Shown here: piece by piece, positions 48,403 to 58,295 of the stretch
How positions within the stretch are numbered: position 1 is the first letter of the stretch
How the letters are laid out: every line of letters begins with the position of its first letter
Origin: Spirochaetales bacterium
GTDB lineage: Bacteria; Spirochaetota; Spirochaetia; SZUA-6; DRHE01
Assembly: GCA_030615505.1 (NCBI GenBank)
Contig: JAUWZD010000008.1
Location: 104 to 64,103, forward strand
Reading direction: 5' to 3'
DNA length: 64,000 nt
Notes under the pieces: model-generated
What the model saw: only the letters and a program-made list of their open reading frames with translations
What the model was told of the DNA's origin: nothing
The model's database searches: none
Position numbers and translations under genes: made by a program

Positions 48403-49059
48403 TTATTCAATATATGTTCTTATGAGGTTTGCCTCAACCTTTCGGTCGCCCAACAGTAAGCTCTTTTTCAATGTCACAGGTTTACCTTTGAATGACAGAT
48501 TATACTCAGAGAACGTATCCTTCGCTTCCTCGTAGCGGTCATCAATCCTAAGAGCAACCTTACCTTCATCATCTAAATAATAGATTAAATCACCTATGTA
48601 AATAAAAGCATCCTCCTCTAGGAAATCTATTTGCATCTCGGTGATCAGATAAAGCATCGTATCTTCGGATGACTTTTGCTCAGTAACGATTTGCACTGCA
48701 GTCCAATAGAGTTTCTCTCTTGGAATCGCCACTGCGAAATACTCATTCCATCTACCTGAAAATACGGCTGCAGCATCTTTCTGTAGATTTGTTAGATCCA
48801 TCTCTGGTCCATACCGTTCGCGGGTCAATACATTACCATACCGGCTCTCTGCCATACCGCTGAAAATCTTGCCTGTCCCCTTAAAACTTTGCTCTATAGG
48901 TATGTCGATAACTATATTTCCTACAATAGCCAATTTATCCGACTCAATTTCCTGATCGAGCTTTACTGTCTTTGCCATAGGCATGAATAGCGCACAGCCT
49001 GATAGACCAAGAATCAGCATGAATAAAATACGCAGAATAATACATAAACTAGTTTTCAT
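48403..49059 (-). CDS. Lipoprotein, hypothetical
   Basis: Internal start MKTSLCIILRILFMLILGLSGC (lipobox) preferred over the extended 238-aa ORF. Confidence 0.55.
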   Translation of the reverse strand: MKTSLCIILRILFMLILGLSGCALFMPMAKTVKLDQEIESDKLAIVGNIVIDIPIEQSFKGTGKIFSGMAESRYGNVLTRERYGPEMDLTNLQKDAAAVFSGRWNEYFAVAIPREKLYWTAVQIVTEQKSSEDTMLYLITEMQIDFLEEDAFIYIGDLIYYLDDEGKVALRIDDRYEEAKDTFSEYNLSFKGKPVTLKKSLLLGDRKVEANLIRTYIE

Positions 49060-49072
49060 TGAGTTCCTCCTG

Positions 49073-49720
49073 TCAGCGACGTCTGAAATATCTGATGTTA
49101 TTGTCATATTCTTCTGCAAGTAAGATTCCTACTTTCTCATGCTTATTCTTCAAATGCAAACCCATGCCTAAAAACCCTGTTCCAGGTTGGGCATAAATGT
49201 CAAAGCTTGGCACCTTTTCTTCAGGAGGTGGATTAGATAAATTAATCATATAGAGAGTGGTATTGTAGCAATCGACTTCCGTATAGCTATATCCACTCTG
49301 GAATGTTTGGGTCATGCTTTCACCAACGTCGTGCAAGACAAGTATAAAGGCATATCCCTCTGAAGGCAAATCTCCGGGATTAATAATACTGAGTTCTATT
49401 TCCTGCTGAGTCATCTGTTCTGTGAATTCTTGGGTAAAGGCTTTATTGAAATGACTGAGCATCTTTTCGTTCTTCTTGTACAGCTCAGACTCTTTATCCA
49501 TTTTACCTTCTTCCATCCATTGCCCAATAGTTTTTCGATTCACAGAGATGTCATTTATTTGCGCTTCTACAAAATAGGCGCTTGAAAGTTCTTTCAAAAA
49601 GGAAATATCGATGCCCTTCTCTTCAAATTCCCTCTCTAATTTCTTGCCGCCCATCGTGGCACAAGAAGCAAGTACAACAACGATTGCCAGAACGAGACAT
49701 AAAATCTTTGCATACCGCAT
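49073..49720 (-). CDS. Lipoprotein, hypothetical
   Basis: MRYAKILCLVLAIVVVLASC lipobox. Confidence 0.6.
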   Translation of the reverse strand: MRYAKILCLVLAIVVVLASCATMGGKKLEREFEEKGIDISFLKELSSAYFVEAQINDISVNRKTIGQWMEEGKMDKESELYKKNEKMLSHFNKAFTQEFTEQMTQQEIELSIINPGDLPSEGYAFILVLHDVGESMTQTFQSGYSYTEVDCYNTTLYMINLSNPPPEEKVPSFDIYAQPGTGFLGMGLHLKNKHEKVGILLAEEYDNNIRYFRRR

Positions 49721-49894
49721 TATAAAACCTCCCTACAATATGTTTTTTTGTATTAATATTACAAAAATAAACTTATTATAAGTTTTTTTTATAATAGTAC
49801 AATATATTAAATTTAATTATTGTCAAGATGATTCTCAGAAATTCCTCATTGCCAGCTTGACATTTACCTAACCTTGAGGTTTACATAGGAAATC

Positions 49895-51250
49895 ATGATC
49901 AGAATACCCGGAGTCGTTAAATCCTTCTCCTCGGTTTTTATACGAAATAAATTCCAATGCTATTTGGTCGGTGGAGCCGTCCGGGATATAATCATGGGCA
50001 GAAAGACGAGCGATTTCGATATTGCCACCGATGCGAAGCCTGAGGAAGTTACGAGGCTATTCCATCGAGTCATTCCCACTGGTATCGAACACGGGACAGT
50101 CACTGTAATATTTAAGGGCACCACGTTTGAGGTTACAACTTTCCGGATTGAAAGCGAGTATCAGGATGGAAGAAGACCTGAATCGGTCATATTTACACCC
50201 TCGATTTTAGAAGATTTAAAGAGGAGAGATTTTACCATTAACGCTATAGCCTATGATTTAACTAAAGGTGAGCTTTTAGACCCCCATGGGGGAAGGGAGG
50301 ATCTAAAAAAAGCCATCCTCAGGGCTATTGGGAACCCGGATGAACGATTCAGGGAGGATGGCCTGAGGCCGGTAAGGGCCTGCAGATTTTCCGCTCAGTT
50401 TAATTTCAAAATCGAAGAAAAGACTTTCATGGGTATCCGAAATGCACTCAATACAGTGGCCCGGGTATCTTCTGAAAGGATCCGCGATGAACTGATTCGC
50501 CTGCTTGCTTCTAAAATCCCCTCTATAGGCTTCAAATTAATGCTCCAAAGCGGGTTATTGGGATTGATTATACCGGAGCTGAATCGCTGCGTGGGGGTGC
50601 CTCAGCCGGAACTTCACTGCTTTGATGTCTTCGAACACCTCCTTTACAGCTGCGATGCCGCTCCCAGGGAAAATCTGACCGTCCGCCTTGCGGCTCTCCT
50701 GCATGATGTAGGGAAGCCCGAGGCGTTGAGTCGGGATGATCAGGGTAATCTGCACTTCTACGGGCATGAAGAGACTTCGGCTGAGATTGCAGAGAAAATC
50801 ACTCAACGACTAAAATTTTCCAACCATATTGTTCAAGGAACTGCTCACCTGGTCAGGCATCATATGTTCAGCTATTCTGAAGAATGGAGCGATGCTGCAG
50901 TAAGACGATTTATTGCGCGGGTTGGCAGTGAAAATATCCCGGAGCTCTTATCATTAAGAAGAGCCGATCAAATCGGTTTTTGCAATACGAAGGAGATATC
51001 CTACACTCTAATATCTTTTGAGAAGCACCTGTACAAGATACTGGCTGAAGCTCGTGTTTTAACTCTGGGAGATCTTAAAGTTAATGGAAGAGATGTTATG
51101 GAGAGCCTTTCCATTCAACCCGGGCCGCAGGTAGGTATAATACTTAACACACTGCTTCAGAGTGTGCTGGATGATCAGAGCTTAAATCAGCGAGAGATCC
51201 TGCTGGACATGGCTAAGAAGTTCTATGAGTCGCGTTTAAAGAGCATTTAA
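49895..51250 (+). CDS. cca: CCA-adding tRNA nucleotidyltransferase (class II NT plus HD domain)
   Basis: GGAVRD...DFD nucleotidyltransferase head. HD domain (LLHDVGK). Confidence 0.85.
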   Translation: MIRIPGVVKSFSSVFIRNKFQCYLVGGAVRDIIMGRKTSDFDIATDAKPEEVTRLFHRVIPTGIEHGTVTVIFKGTTFEVTTFRIESEYQDGRRPESVIFTPSILEDLKRRDFTINAIAYDLTKGELLDPHGGREDLKKAILRAIGNPDERFREDGLRPVRACRFSAQFNFKIEEKTFMGIRNALNTVARVSSERIRDELIRLLASKIPSIGFKLMLQSGLLGLIIPELNRCVGVPQPELHCFDVFEHLLYSCDAAPRENLTVRLAALLHDVGKPEALSRDDQGNLHFYGHEETSAEIAEKITQRLKFSNHIVQGTAHLVRHHMFSYSEEWSDAAVRRFIARVGSENIPELLSLRRADQIGFCNTKEISYTLISFEKHLYKILAEARVLTLGDLKVNGRDVMESLSIQPGPQVGIILNTLLQSVLDDQSLNQREILLDMAKKFYESRLKSI

Positions 51251-51253
51251 ATC

Positions 51254-52018
51254 TCACTCACGGTAAGCTTTTCTTTTCTTAACCACAGCTTTATAAGCAA
51301 TACTGGCCGCATTCTGTTCTGCTTCCTTCTTATTCTTACCGATTCCTGGCCCGTACTTTTTTTTATTAAAGCCAACCTCTATCCAGAATGTCCTATTATG
51401 ATCAGGTCCTCTTCGCTGAACTATGCGGTAGCGCGGGTAAGTTCTAAAACGTTTCTGTACAAATTCCTGTAAAAGTGTCTTATAGTCTTTTTTATGACGG
51501 TCTTCTAAAACCTTATAGATCTCCGGAATCAACAGCTTCTGGATAAAAGCCCTGGCAGCCTTAAAGCCTGAATCCAAATAATAGGCACCGAAAATAGCCT
51601 CCAGGGTATCGGCAAGCAGGGCTTTCTTGGATCTGCCTCCGGAGTATTCCTCACCCCTGCCAATTAAAATAAAATTATCAACACGCAATTGCTTCGAAAT
51701 ACTGGCCAGGCTGTCTTCACTCACTACAAAGGATTTAATCTTGGCCATATCTCCTTCAGGCCTATCTGTCAAGGTCAAGATCAGGTACTCGCTGACGATC
51801 ATTCCCAATACAGAATCGCCAAAAAATTCTAATTTCTCATTATTATCAATTTCATCCTGTCGTTCATTAGCATAGGAGCGGTGAGAAAAAGCAAGGTTCA
51901 AGAACTCAAGGCTCTTGAACCTTATACCTGCTTGATTTTGGAATAACTGAAGCTCCTTCTTTCTCTCTGGTGAAATACCCGGAGCTCTAAAAGATAGGAA
52001 TTTTGAAAACAATGTCAC
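51254..52018 (-). CDS. rnc: Ribonuclease III
   Basis: EKLEFFGDSVLG RNase III signature plus C-terminal dsRBD. Confidence 0.9.
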   Translation of the reverse strand: MTLFSKFLSFRAPGISPERKKELQLFQNQAGIRFKSLEFLNLAFSHRSYANERQDEIDNNEKLEFFGDSVLGMIVSEYLILTLTDRPEGDMAKIKSFVVSEDSLASISKQLRVDNFILIGRGEEYSGGRSKKALLADTLEAIFGAYYLDSGFKAARAFIQKLLIPEIYKVLEDRHKKDYKTLLQEFVQKRFRTYPRYRIVQRRGPDHNRTFWIEVGFNKKKYGPGIGKNKKEAEQNAASIAYKAVVKKRKAYRE

Positions 52019-52028
52019 CGTTTATGGA

Positions 52029-52271
52029 TTATTTTTTGTCCATTTGAGATTTAATAAACTCTATTGCATCACGCACGGTTTCAAACTCATTTGCCTTCTC
52101 ATCCGGAATGGTGATTCCAAGCTCTTCCTCAATAGCATACACCAACTCATAGGTATCCAGGCTGTCGGCACCCAGATCCTGACGAAAAGAGGAATCCATA
52201 TTGATTTTATCCTCTTCAATCTCCAGTCGTTCAGAAATAAGCTTCTTCATTTTTTCAAAAAGTTCATCCAT
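52029..52271 (-). CDS. acpP: Acyl carrier protein
   Basis: LGADSLDTYELV phosphopantetheine-attachment motif. 80 aa. Confidence 0.9.
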   Translation of the reverse strand: MDELFEKMKKLISERLEIEEDKINMDSSFRQDLGADSLDTYELVYAIEEELGITIPDEKANEFETVRDAIEFIKSQMDKK

Positions 52272-52298
52272 AATTTCTCACCCTCCTATTAGATTGGT

Positions 52299-52487
52299 TT
52301 AAGCTATTTCTTCTGGCTTAAGAATTTGTTTTCCCCGATAGAATCCACACTTTGGACAGACTCTGTGAAGTATAACCCTGTTTCCACAGTTGCTGCACTC
52401 AATCAGGTTGGGCACACTCAACTTCATGTTGATTGCTTTGCGTCTTCGGCACCGTGCCTTGGATGTTTTACCTTTAGGGACTGCCAT
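52299..52487 (-). CDS. rpmF: 50S ribosomal protein L32
   Basis: MAVPKGKTSKARCRRRK... plus CxxC..CxxC zinc ribbon. Confidence 0.9.
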   Translation of the reverse strand: MAVPKGKTSKARCRRRKAINMKLSVPNLIECSNCGNRVILHRVCPKCGFYRGKQILKPEEIA

Positions 52488-52576
52488 ACTTCCATACCCT
52501 CACTATTGTGTACTAAGATTAGGGAAAATTACCTTATTGCAGAATGAATGTCAAGTCGGTTATCTGAGCTTTCCTG

Positions 52577-53080
52577 CTAAGTGGGCAGATGAGTAGAATT
52601 TAAACTCTTGATTTTTGTTCTTAGAGCATCGGCTACAACAGGAGGTACCATATCCGAGATATCTCCCCCAAACAGGGCAGCCTCCTTTACTGCCGATGAC
52701 CTTAAGACGATATATTCCTGGTCGGTCGGTAAAAATACAGTCTCAATTTTTGGATTTAAAGCACGGTTCATCATGGATAATTCAAATTCATAGTCGAAAT
52801 CTGTAAGTGCCCGCACACCTCTTAATATGATATTAACATCTATTTTTTCGGCAAAATCCACAATGAGCCCATGCCAGATAGTTACCTGCACATTATTCAA
52901 ATCCGCCACCAGGCTAGTTATCATGTCAAATCGTTCCTGGGCTGAAAAAAAATATTTCTTTTGCGGATTGGCCGCTATAACTACCTCAATCTGGTCAAAC
53001 ATGCGCGCAGCTCTCTTCATCACGTTCAGATGGCCATTTGTGGGTGGATCGAATGAGCCTGGTAGAATTACTCTTTGCAC
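52577..53080 (-). CDS. coaD: Phosphopantetheine adenylyltransferase
   Basis: PGSFDPPTNGHL (H/TxGH) motif. 167 aa. Confidence 0.9.
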   Translation of the reverse strand: MQRVILPGSFDPPTNGHLNVMKRAARMFDQIEVVIAANPQKKYFFSAQERFDMITSLVADLNNVQVTIWHGLIVDFAEKIDVNIILRGVRALTDFDYEFELSMMNRALNPKIETVFLPTDQEYIVLRSSAVKEAALFGGDISDMVPPVVADALRTKIKSLNSTHLPT

Positions 53081-53175
53081 TGTATTGAATGTACCTGCAA
53101 ATACTTAGAGGGTCAATAAGCTGTTAATTTTAAAGATTCTAATTTATTTTGACAAAACCTTCCGAAAACTATAGA

Positions 53176-53712
53176 ATGAAAGCAGTGAAGAAAAGCTGCT
53201 TTCTTTCTCTTAATATATCGCTCTTATTATTAGCATGTGCCGGTCATACGCCTGTAGCTGACAATACGCTTAAACAGGTCACTTTAGAAACTGTGGAAGT
53301 AACGGAGGAAAGTACTGTTCTGAATGATTTTATTGTTACTGAAGAGATTTATACAAAAACCTTTGAAGAAATCGAGACGTTTATAGAGTCTCTTAATAAT
53401 ATAATCAGTGAAAAGGACTATGAAACCTGGGTTACACATCTGTCCGATGATTATATTGCTAAAACCAGCGATCCGGATTATCTGAGAGATCAGTCCAGTA
53501 TGCCTATTCTCAAAAAGAACAATATAAGCTTAAAAAGTTTAAAGGATTTCTTTTTCTATGTAGTTGTGCCAAGCAGGATAGAAGCCGGGCTTGACGACAT
53601 TGAGTTTATCGATGAGGATCATGTAAAAGCAATTTCAATAGTTCGTAATAAACGGGGTCTTCTCTATTTGCTGGTACGGGTTGGCATTACGTGGAAAATT
53701 GGTGTTTGGTGA
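53176..53712 (+). CDS. Lipoprotein, hypothetical
   Basis: MKAVKKSCFLSLNISLLLLAC lipobox. The start at 53176 is preferred over 53149. Confidence 0.55.
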   Translation: MKAVKKSCFLSLNISLLLLACAGHTPVADNTLKQVTLETVEVTEESTVLNDFIVTEEIYTKTFEEIETFIESLNNIISEKDYETWVTHLSDDYIAKTSDPDYLRDQSSMPILKKNNISLKSLKDFFFYVVVPSRIEAGLDDIEFIDEDHVKAISIVRNKRGLLYLLVRVGITWKIGVW

Positions 53713-53724
53713 GCTATATTTATT

Positions 53725-54432
53725 ATGGAGAGGGATATGAAGATAAAAGCATTTTTTTCAATCATGATTATTAGTCTGACAGGAATTTTCCTGCTGGACG
53801 CCCAGGACAGCGGCCGGGAAGTGACAGTAGAGGAACTTTATCTCAGGAATATCGAGGTCCAAATCCTCAGGGAACAGGCATACTCTGATGACCGTGAAAT
53901 GAAACTCCTGGCTTTAGACGATTTTGAAGAGATGATAGGCTCAGGCAGCCATGATGCAAGAGTTGTTCAGCCTGTCTTAGAGTATTTAGCCATGGAGGGC
54001 ATCGGTCGAAAGGTTCGTGAATCGAACCGGCTTATTAACTACTTTCCTGAAGTCCGCAGACGTGCAGCCAACCTGCTTGGCCGTTTGGGCGGTGAACAGG
54101 CCAAGAATACCCTGATTACCGTTTTGATTAATGATGACGAACCCATGGTCAAAGCCGAGGCTGCTTATGCCCTGGGGGTAATAGGGCTGAATGAAAATAA
54201 TGACGCTGTAAATGCCTTGAATTTTACCCTCGGTAAAGAGGATCCTGACCAGCCGGACAACAATTTTGCCTATGCCATTTGTCTGGCTATAGAGAAAATA
54301 GCTGCAAAGAATAACGGTAAATTGGACCCTATTGCCTACAGGACTTTAGTCAGGATTGCCCAGGGCAGCTATATCAAGACTGTTAAGAGAAAAGCCCTGC
54401 AGTCTTTGAACGAATTGAAAAAATACGATTAA
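53725..54432 (+). CDS. HEAT-repeat (PBS-lyase-like) protein with signal peptide
   Basis: Repeated (E/D)xxVRxxAAxALG units. Confidence 0.65.
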   Translation: MERDMKIKAFFSIMIISLTGIFLLDAQDSGREVTVEELYLRNIEVQILREQAYSDDREMKLLALDDFEEMIGSGSHDARVVQPVLEYLAMEGIGRKVRESNRLINYFPEVRRRAANLLGRLGGEQAKNTLITVLINDDEPMVKAEAAYALGVIGLNENNDAVNALNFTLGKEDPDQPDNNFAYAICLAIEKIAAKNNGKLDPIAYRTLVRIAQGSYIKTVKRKALQSLNELKKYD

Positions 54433-54950
54433 GGAGATTCCAGATCACCAATAACCTCTTCCAGCCATTGATTCTCTGCTTCCAGATGGATTACCCCTTT
54501 GCGAATGATCGCCTGCAGGTAAAAATCTATCTCATCTCTAATAGAGACTAAGGTTCTCTGAAAGTTCTCCTTCTGCATAACTGTTTTTTTCTGCTGAAGT
54601 TTTAGATATTCCAAAACTTTTTCTTTCGGAAGCTTATTGAAAAACAAAAATTTCAGAGTAAACTCATCTTTTACCTTGTAACTGGTTCGCAGTGGCTTCA
54701 ACAGCCATTCATCCAGCTTCTTTCTCCCGCTTGGTGTTATGGAATATATATTTTTTTCTGCTGCTTTTTTCCCCGGTGCAGTTTTTTTAGTCACCCATTT
54801 TAACTCGGAAAGCCTCCGTAAGGTAGGATAGAGCTGCCCATAAGACACCGACCAGACATTCCCTAAAGCGCCTTCGAACTTTTGTTTAATCTCATACCCA
54901 TATTTAGGGCTCTCAGTTAATAATCCCAGCAGAGCATATTTCAATGACAT
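54429..54950 (-). CDS. PadR-family transcriptional regulator
   Basis: ALLGLLTESPKYGYEIKQKF...SYGQLYPTLRRL winged-helix signature. Confidence 0.85.
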   Translation of the reverse strand: MSLKYALLGLLTESPKYGYEIKQKFEGALGNVWSVSYGQLYPTLRRLSELKWVTKKTAPGKKAAEKNIYSITPSGRKKLDEWLLKPLRTSYKVKDEFTLKFLFFNKLPKEKVLEYLKLQQKKTVMQKENFQRTLVSIRDEIDFYLQAIIRKGVIHLEAENQWLEEVIGDLESP

Positions 54951-55028
54951 AATTTTATCTCCGTATTAATACTTATCTATCGTATAATCATATCACAAAT
55001 AGCTCTTATTTCAAGTAAAAAATTGAAG

Positions 55029-55382
55029 TTAATGTAAAGTAAAATCCTCAAGCAGTCTTTTCCGCCAGTCAGGAAGTATGTCGGTGGGTTCATACTGAAT
55101 GCGTTTGCGTATAAAAAAGCGCGAGGGACTGTTCGAGTTTCGCTGCTGAATAATACCGAAACTGCCCTTTCCCAGGTAACATATTTTTTCATGCAAAAGG
55201 AGGTCTGAGCTTTCCCGCAGTATTTTGAGTATACAATCAAAATGAGCCGGGTTTCCGGATTCCCGGTGAGTAATGGCGGAATATAGGTCTCTTACAGGTT
55301 TATGGCAGATGGGGCACAGGGGAATATTAGCATTACATCTGTCATCACCTCTTCTTCGGCGATTCGTAGATGAATGCATCAC
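55029..55382 (-). CDS. Hypothetical protein, possible zinc-binding (CPICH...HFDC)
   Basis: 117-aa ORF downstream of yraN. Arg-rich N-terminus. Competing overlapping ORF 54977..55240 rejected. Confidence 0.4.
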   Translation of the reverse strand: MMHSSTNRRRRGDDRCNANIPLCPICHKPVRDLYSAITHRESGNPAHFDCILKILRESSDLLLHEKICYLGKGSFGIIQQRNSNSPSRFFIRKRIQYEPTDILPDWRKRLLEDFTLH

Positions 55383-55527
55383 CGTTGTTCCTCTTTGTGC
55401 AAATTCTGTGTCAGATCCTGAGCGATTTTCATGATAGCCAGGGCAAGATATTTTTCATCATTTATCTTTCTTTTTATCTCTTCAAGCCGGCGCGGATCAG
55501 TTTTCTTGGCAATTCTAACCACCGTTT

Positions 55528-55884
55528 TTACACCCCATTAAATGCATTTTCAATATGTTCAAGCCTGGTAAAATGCTCATGCACGAAGATGACATCGAAG
55601 CGCATGCTGAAATCCTGGAAACAGGGATTCTTATGCACAAAATATTTAGATGTTGCCAGGATCCTTCTCTGTTTTTCCGCACCTATTGCATAACCCAGGC
55701 TCTCTACCGGTAAGCTGTCCCAACTTTTAACTTCAATAAAGATAACCTGTTTATCAATTTGAGCAATAACATCAATCTCTCCATTTTTGGAACGAAAGTT
55801 TCGTGCCAGAATTTCATAACCCTTCTCTTTCAGAAATATGACTGCTCTCTTCTCACCTAATTGTCCTTTATCCCGCTTATTCAT
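55528..55884 (-). CDS. yraN: YraN-family (UPF0102) endonuclease-like protein
   Basis: GEKRAVIFLKEKGYEILARNFRSKNGEIDVIA...IFIEVK. Confidence 0.85.
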   Translation of the reverse strand: MNKRDKGQLGEKRAVIFLKEKGYEILARNFRSKNGEIDVIAQIDKQVIFIEVKSWDSLPVESLGYAIGAEKQRRILATSKYFVHKNPCFQDFSMRFDVIFVHEHFTRLEHIENAFNGV

Positions 55885-55885
55885 C

Positions 55886-57055
55886 TTAAGACTCTTCGAT
55901 CACCTTCGGATCGATAGCTTTGGCAATAAACAGATTTCTTTTTACCAAAAGGTTTATAATTTCCTGACCGGTTATCTTTGATCCATATTCATCAATGAAC
56001 AATTCAATTTTAGGCCGCAGCGGCGCCTCAACATGATTTTCCACTACCCTGCCTATACTTGAGTTGTTGAGCTGTATAATACTCCCTATGGGAAACACAC
56101 CCATACTCTCTAAAAAAGCCTTAAGGACCTTGGGATCAAAATGTTTTCCATTGTCACTTAAGATATTTTTCATAGCCGAATAACCGATAATTGGGTTTCT
56201 ATAGGGCCTTTCACTGACCATGGCTTCATATGCATCGGCAACCGCTACAATACGTGCATAATGCGAAATATCTTCTCCGCCTAAACCCCTGGGATATCCC
56301 TTGCTATCCCAATGTTCATGATGCTGAAGCGCAACCACAGCAATATCTTCCGGATATTTCAGTTCTTTGGAGATTATTCGATAGCCCAGGATGGGATGGG
56401 TCTTAACCTGATTCAGCTCATCCGAAGCAAGTTTTCCCTCCTTCTGTAGAATTTTTTTAGAGATTCTCATCATTCCCACATCATGGAGTAGAGCGCCTGT
56501 GGCAAGCTGGAGCAGCTTGTGGCCTGCAAGTTTAATAGAGTTCCCAATTACTGATGATATGATGCTGCAGTTCACTGCGCTGGCTGAAAGTTTTCGTTCC
56601 ACCCATTCTCCCATTAAAATAAGCTGAATCATTTCATTCTTACCCAGGCGCAAGATCTCAATGAGATCGGTTACTACTGCATCAATAGGATCATGACTTA
56701 CCGTTGTGCCCTCAATAATGTCTAAGAATATAGAATCTACTTTTTCTACTGCAGAGCGGTAACTTTTTAAATATTTTTCTTCCCTGATCGGCAGCCAGGT
56801 TTTTGTTTTTTTGAGCTTTTTAGAAAGGTCGCCCGGCCGCTCTATAATCACTGATCCTTCAGTCTGAACCTCTTCTATCTCCCACAGGGTTAAGCGGTCA
56901 ATATCCTTCTGTTTTAAAGGAACTTCAGCAGGTACTAAAATATTTTCTCCCTCAATATAGACAGGTTTATCAAACTTCATTCCAGTTTTCAAATCTGCAA
57001 CTTTTATCTTCCTCATATTCCCTTCTTCACCTGCTGCTTTTAAGGTCCCTGACAT
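55886..57055 (-). CDS. HD-GYP domain c-di-GMP phosphodiesterase, intact
   Basis: LLHDVGMM...HHEHWDSKGYPRGL...VADAYEAMVSERPYR. Confidence 0.85.
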   Translation of the reverse strand: MSGTLKAAGEEGNMRKIKVADLKTGMKFDKPVYIEGENILVPAEVPLKQKDIDRLTLWEIEEVQTEGSVIIERPGDLSKKLKKTKTWLPIREEKYLKSYRSAVEKVDSIFLDIIEGTTVSHDPIDAVVTDLIEILRLGKNEMIQLILMGEWVERKLSASAVNCSIISSVIGNSIKLAGHKLLQLATGALLHDVGMMRISKKILQKEGKLASDELNQVKTHPILGYRIISKELKYPEDIAVVALQHHEHWDSKGYPRGLGGEDISHYARIVAVADAYEAMVSERPYRNPIIGYSAMKNILSDNGKHFDPKVLKAFLESMGVFPIGSIIQLNNSSIGRVVENHVEAPLRPKIELFIDEYGSKITGQEIINLLVKRNLFIAKAIDPKVIEES

Positions 57056-57275
57056 AGACTAAAAGTTCAGCAATAATATAATAGAACTGCTCGGGGATCA
57101 GGGCATCTACTTTCAGCTCAATTAAAGCATCTGTTAATTCCGGTATAGCCACTATCTCTACTGCGCTCTCCCGGGCTATCTTTTTGATTCGTTTTGCTAA
57201 TTCCCCCTTACCCCTGGCCAGTATAATTGGCGCCGGTAATTCTTCTGAATATTTAACAGCAACCGCTTTTTCCAT
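57027..57275 (-). CDS. FlhB C-terminal-domain-like protein (YlqH-like)
   Basis: 82 aa, ...VEIVAIPELTDAL...IPEQFYYIIAELLVYV, resembling the FlhB/YscU cytoplasmic cleavage-domain fold. Confidence 0.65.
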   Translation of the reverse strand: MEKAVAVKYSEELPAPIILARGKGELAKRIKKIARESAVEIVAIPELTDALIELKVDALIPEQFYYIIAELLVYVRDLKSSR

Positions 57276-58294
57276 TATCGAACCGTATCTACACTCCGAT
57301 AGAGATAACCTTCATCAGGAAGGCTGAATCCGTCAAAATTTGAATCCTCACGTATAGTATCGTCAATTTTGACTCCGAGGTTTTGTAATTTTACTTCTAA
57401 GTCTCTTAAACCTGCACGCCCTTTGACAATTCCCTGATTACTGTTACAGAATATATTCAGTTTAAACTCCTTTTCTGCTGCGCACAAGTTAAAATACCAG
57501 ATTTCCTCACGGTCCCGGTTTACAACCAGAACAAAACGCTTCGGTCTATCCTGAAAAGGATCATATTGAATGCGTATGGTTCCATATAGAACATTCCCGC
57601 CTGATGCTTCCTTACAGGAAAAACTATAAGGGATGATGATCCAATTTTCCTCATTGCCTTTCAAATGATTAAACAGCATAAGAGAATTATCCGCTTCAGA
57701 TTGCCTCTCTATAAGGGAATTTTTTAATTCATCGGCAATGTCCTTCTCCTGCGCCGGAAGCTTTCTCCTTTTAAAACGACGTTCTTTCTCCGGGTTTCCC
57801 TCGCCATACCCGAGCAATTTTATGAGGTCTTCAATTCCGGTCGATGAGATATCCAGCTTTTTGTCAAGAAGAAGGGCTATCAGGCGGGAAAAACGCTTGG
57901 GATTAAGCTTCATTCTGTTCAACATCTTCTTAATCTGATGTACTGTTTTGGCATTTATGATTAAACCGCACCGAAAAAGGCCGGCAACGATCCTTTCAGA
58001 AACCTTATCAGGACTTAAGCCTTCACGGAGCAGCAGCTCATGAAGGGAATTTTCAATATCTGTCAATTTAAGTACATAGCGGTCTCCGGAGCGGGTAACC
58101 AAAGCTCGTATGCTCTTTCCGGGAACCAAATTGAGATCTGAATAAGCAGGAATGACCCGTCCCTGCAAGCCTACAGCCCACTTATTCCCAATGATTCTTT
58201 TAATAACATTAAGGATTACGATATCGCCGGATTTCAAGTTAATCTCCGGCCTGGCCTTGATCTGTATACTCAAAGGGTACAGGTGTGATATCAT
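57275..58294 (-). CDS. Hypothetical protein (YlqG-position gene upstream of the flhB-like ORF)
   Basis: 339-aa ORF abutting the flhB-like gene. Its placement after rplS mirrors the Bacillus ylqG-ylqH arrangement. Confidence 0.5.
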   Translation of the reverse strand: MISHLYPLSIQIKARPEINLKSGDIVILNVIKRIIGNKWAVGLQGRVIPAYSDLNLVPGKSIRALVTRSGDRYVLKLTDIENSLHELLLREGLSPDKVSERIVAGLFRCGLIINAKTVHQIKKMLNRMKLNPKRFSRLIALLLDKKLDISSTGIEDLIKLLGYGEGNPEKERRFKRRKLPAQEKDIADELKNSLIERQSEADNSLMLFNHLKGNEENWIIIPYSFSCKEASGGNVLYGTIRIQYDPFQDRPKRFVLVVNRDREEIWYFNLCAAEKEFKLNIFCNSNQGIVKGRAGLRDLEVKLQNLGVKIDDTIREDSNFDGFSLPDEGYLYRSVDTVR

Positions 58295-58295
58295 T

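Noticed and set aside
48403-49119. 238-aa extended lipoprotein ORF overlapping 49073..49720
   Set aside because: The internal Met giving a proper lipobox signal peptide (start 49059) removes the 47-bp overlap.
52488-52576. Possible regulatory RNA between coaD and rpmF
   Set aside because: An 89-bp spacer with no obvious conserved structure. Most likely just the rpmF promoter or leader.
54977-55240. 87-aa ORF
   Set aside because: Overlaps the 117-aa ORF in another frame. Less coding-like. Neither has homology, so only the longer is kept, at low confidence.
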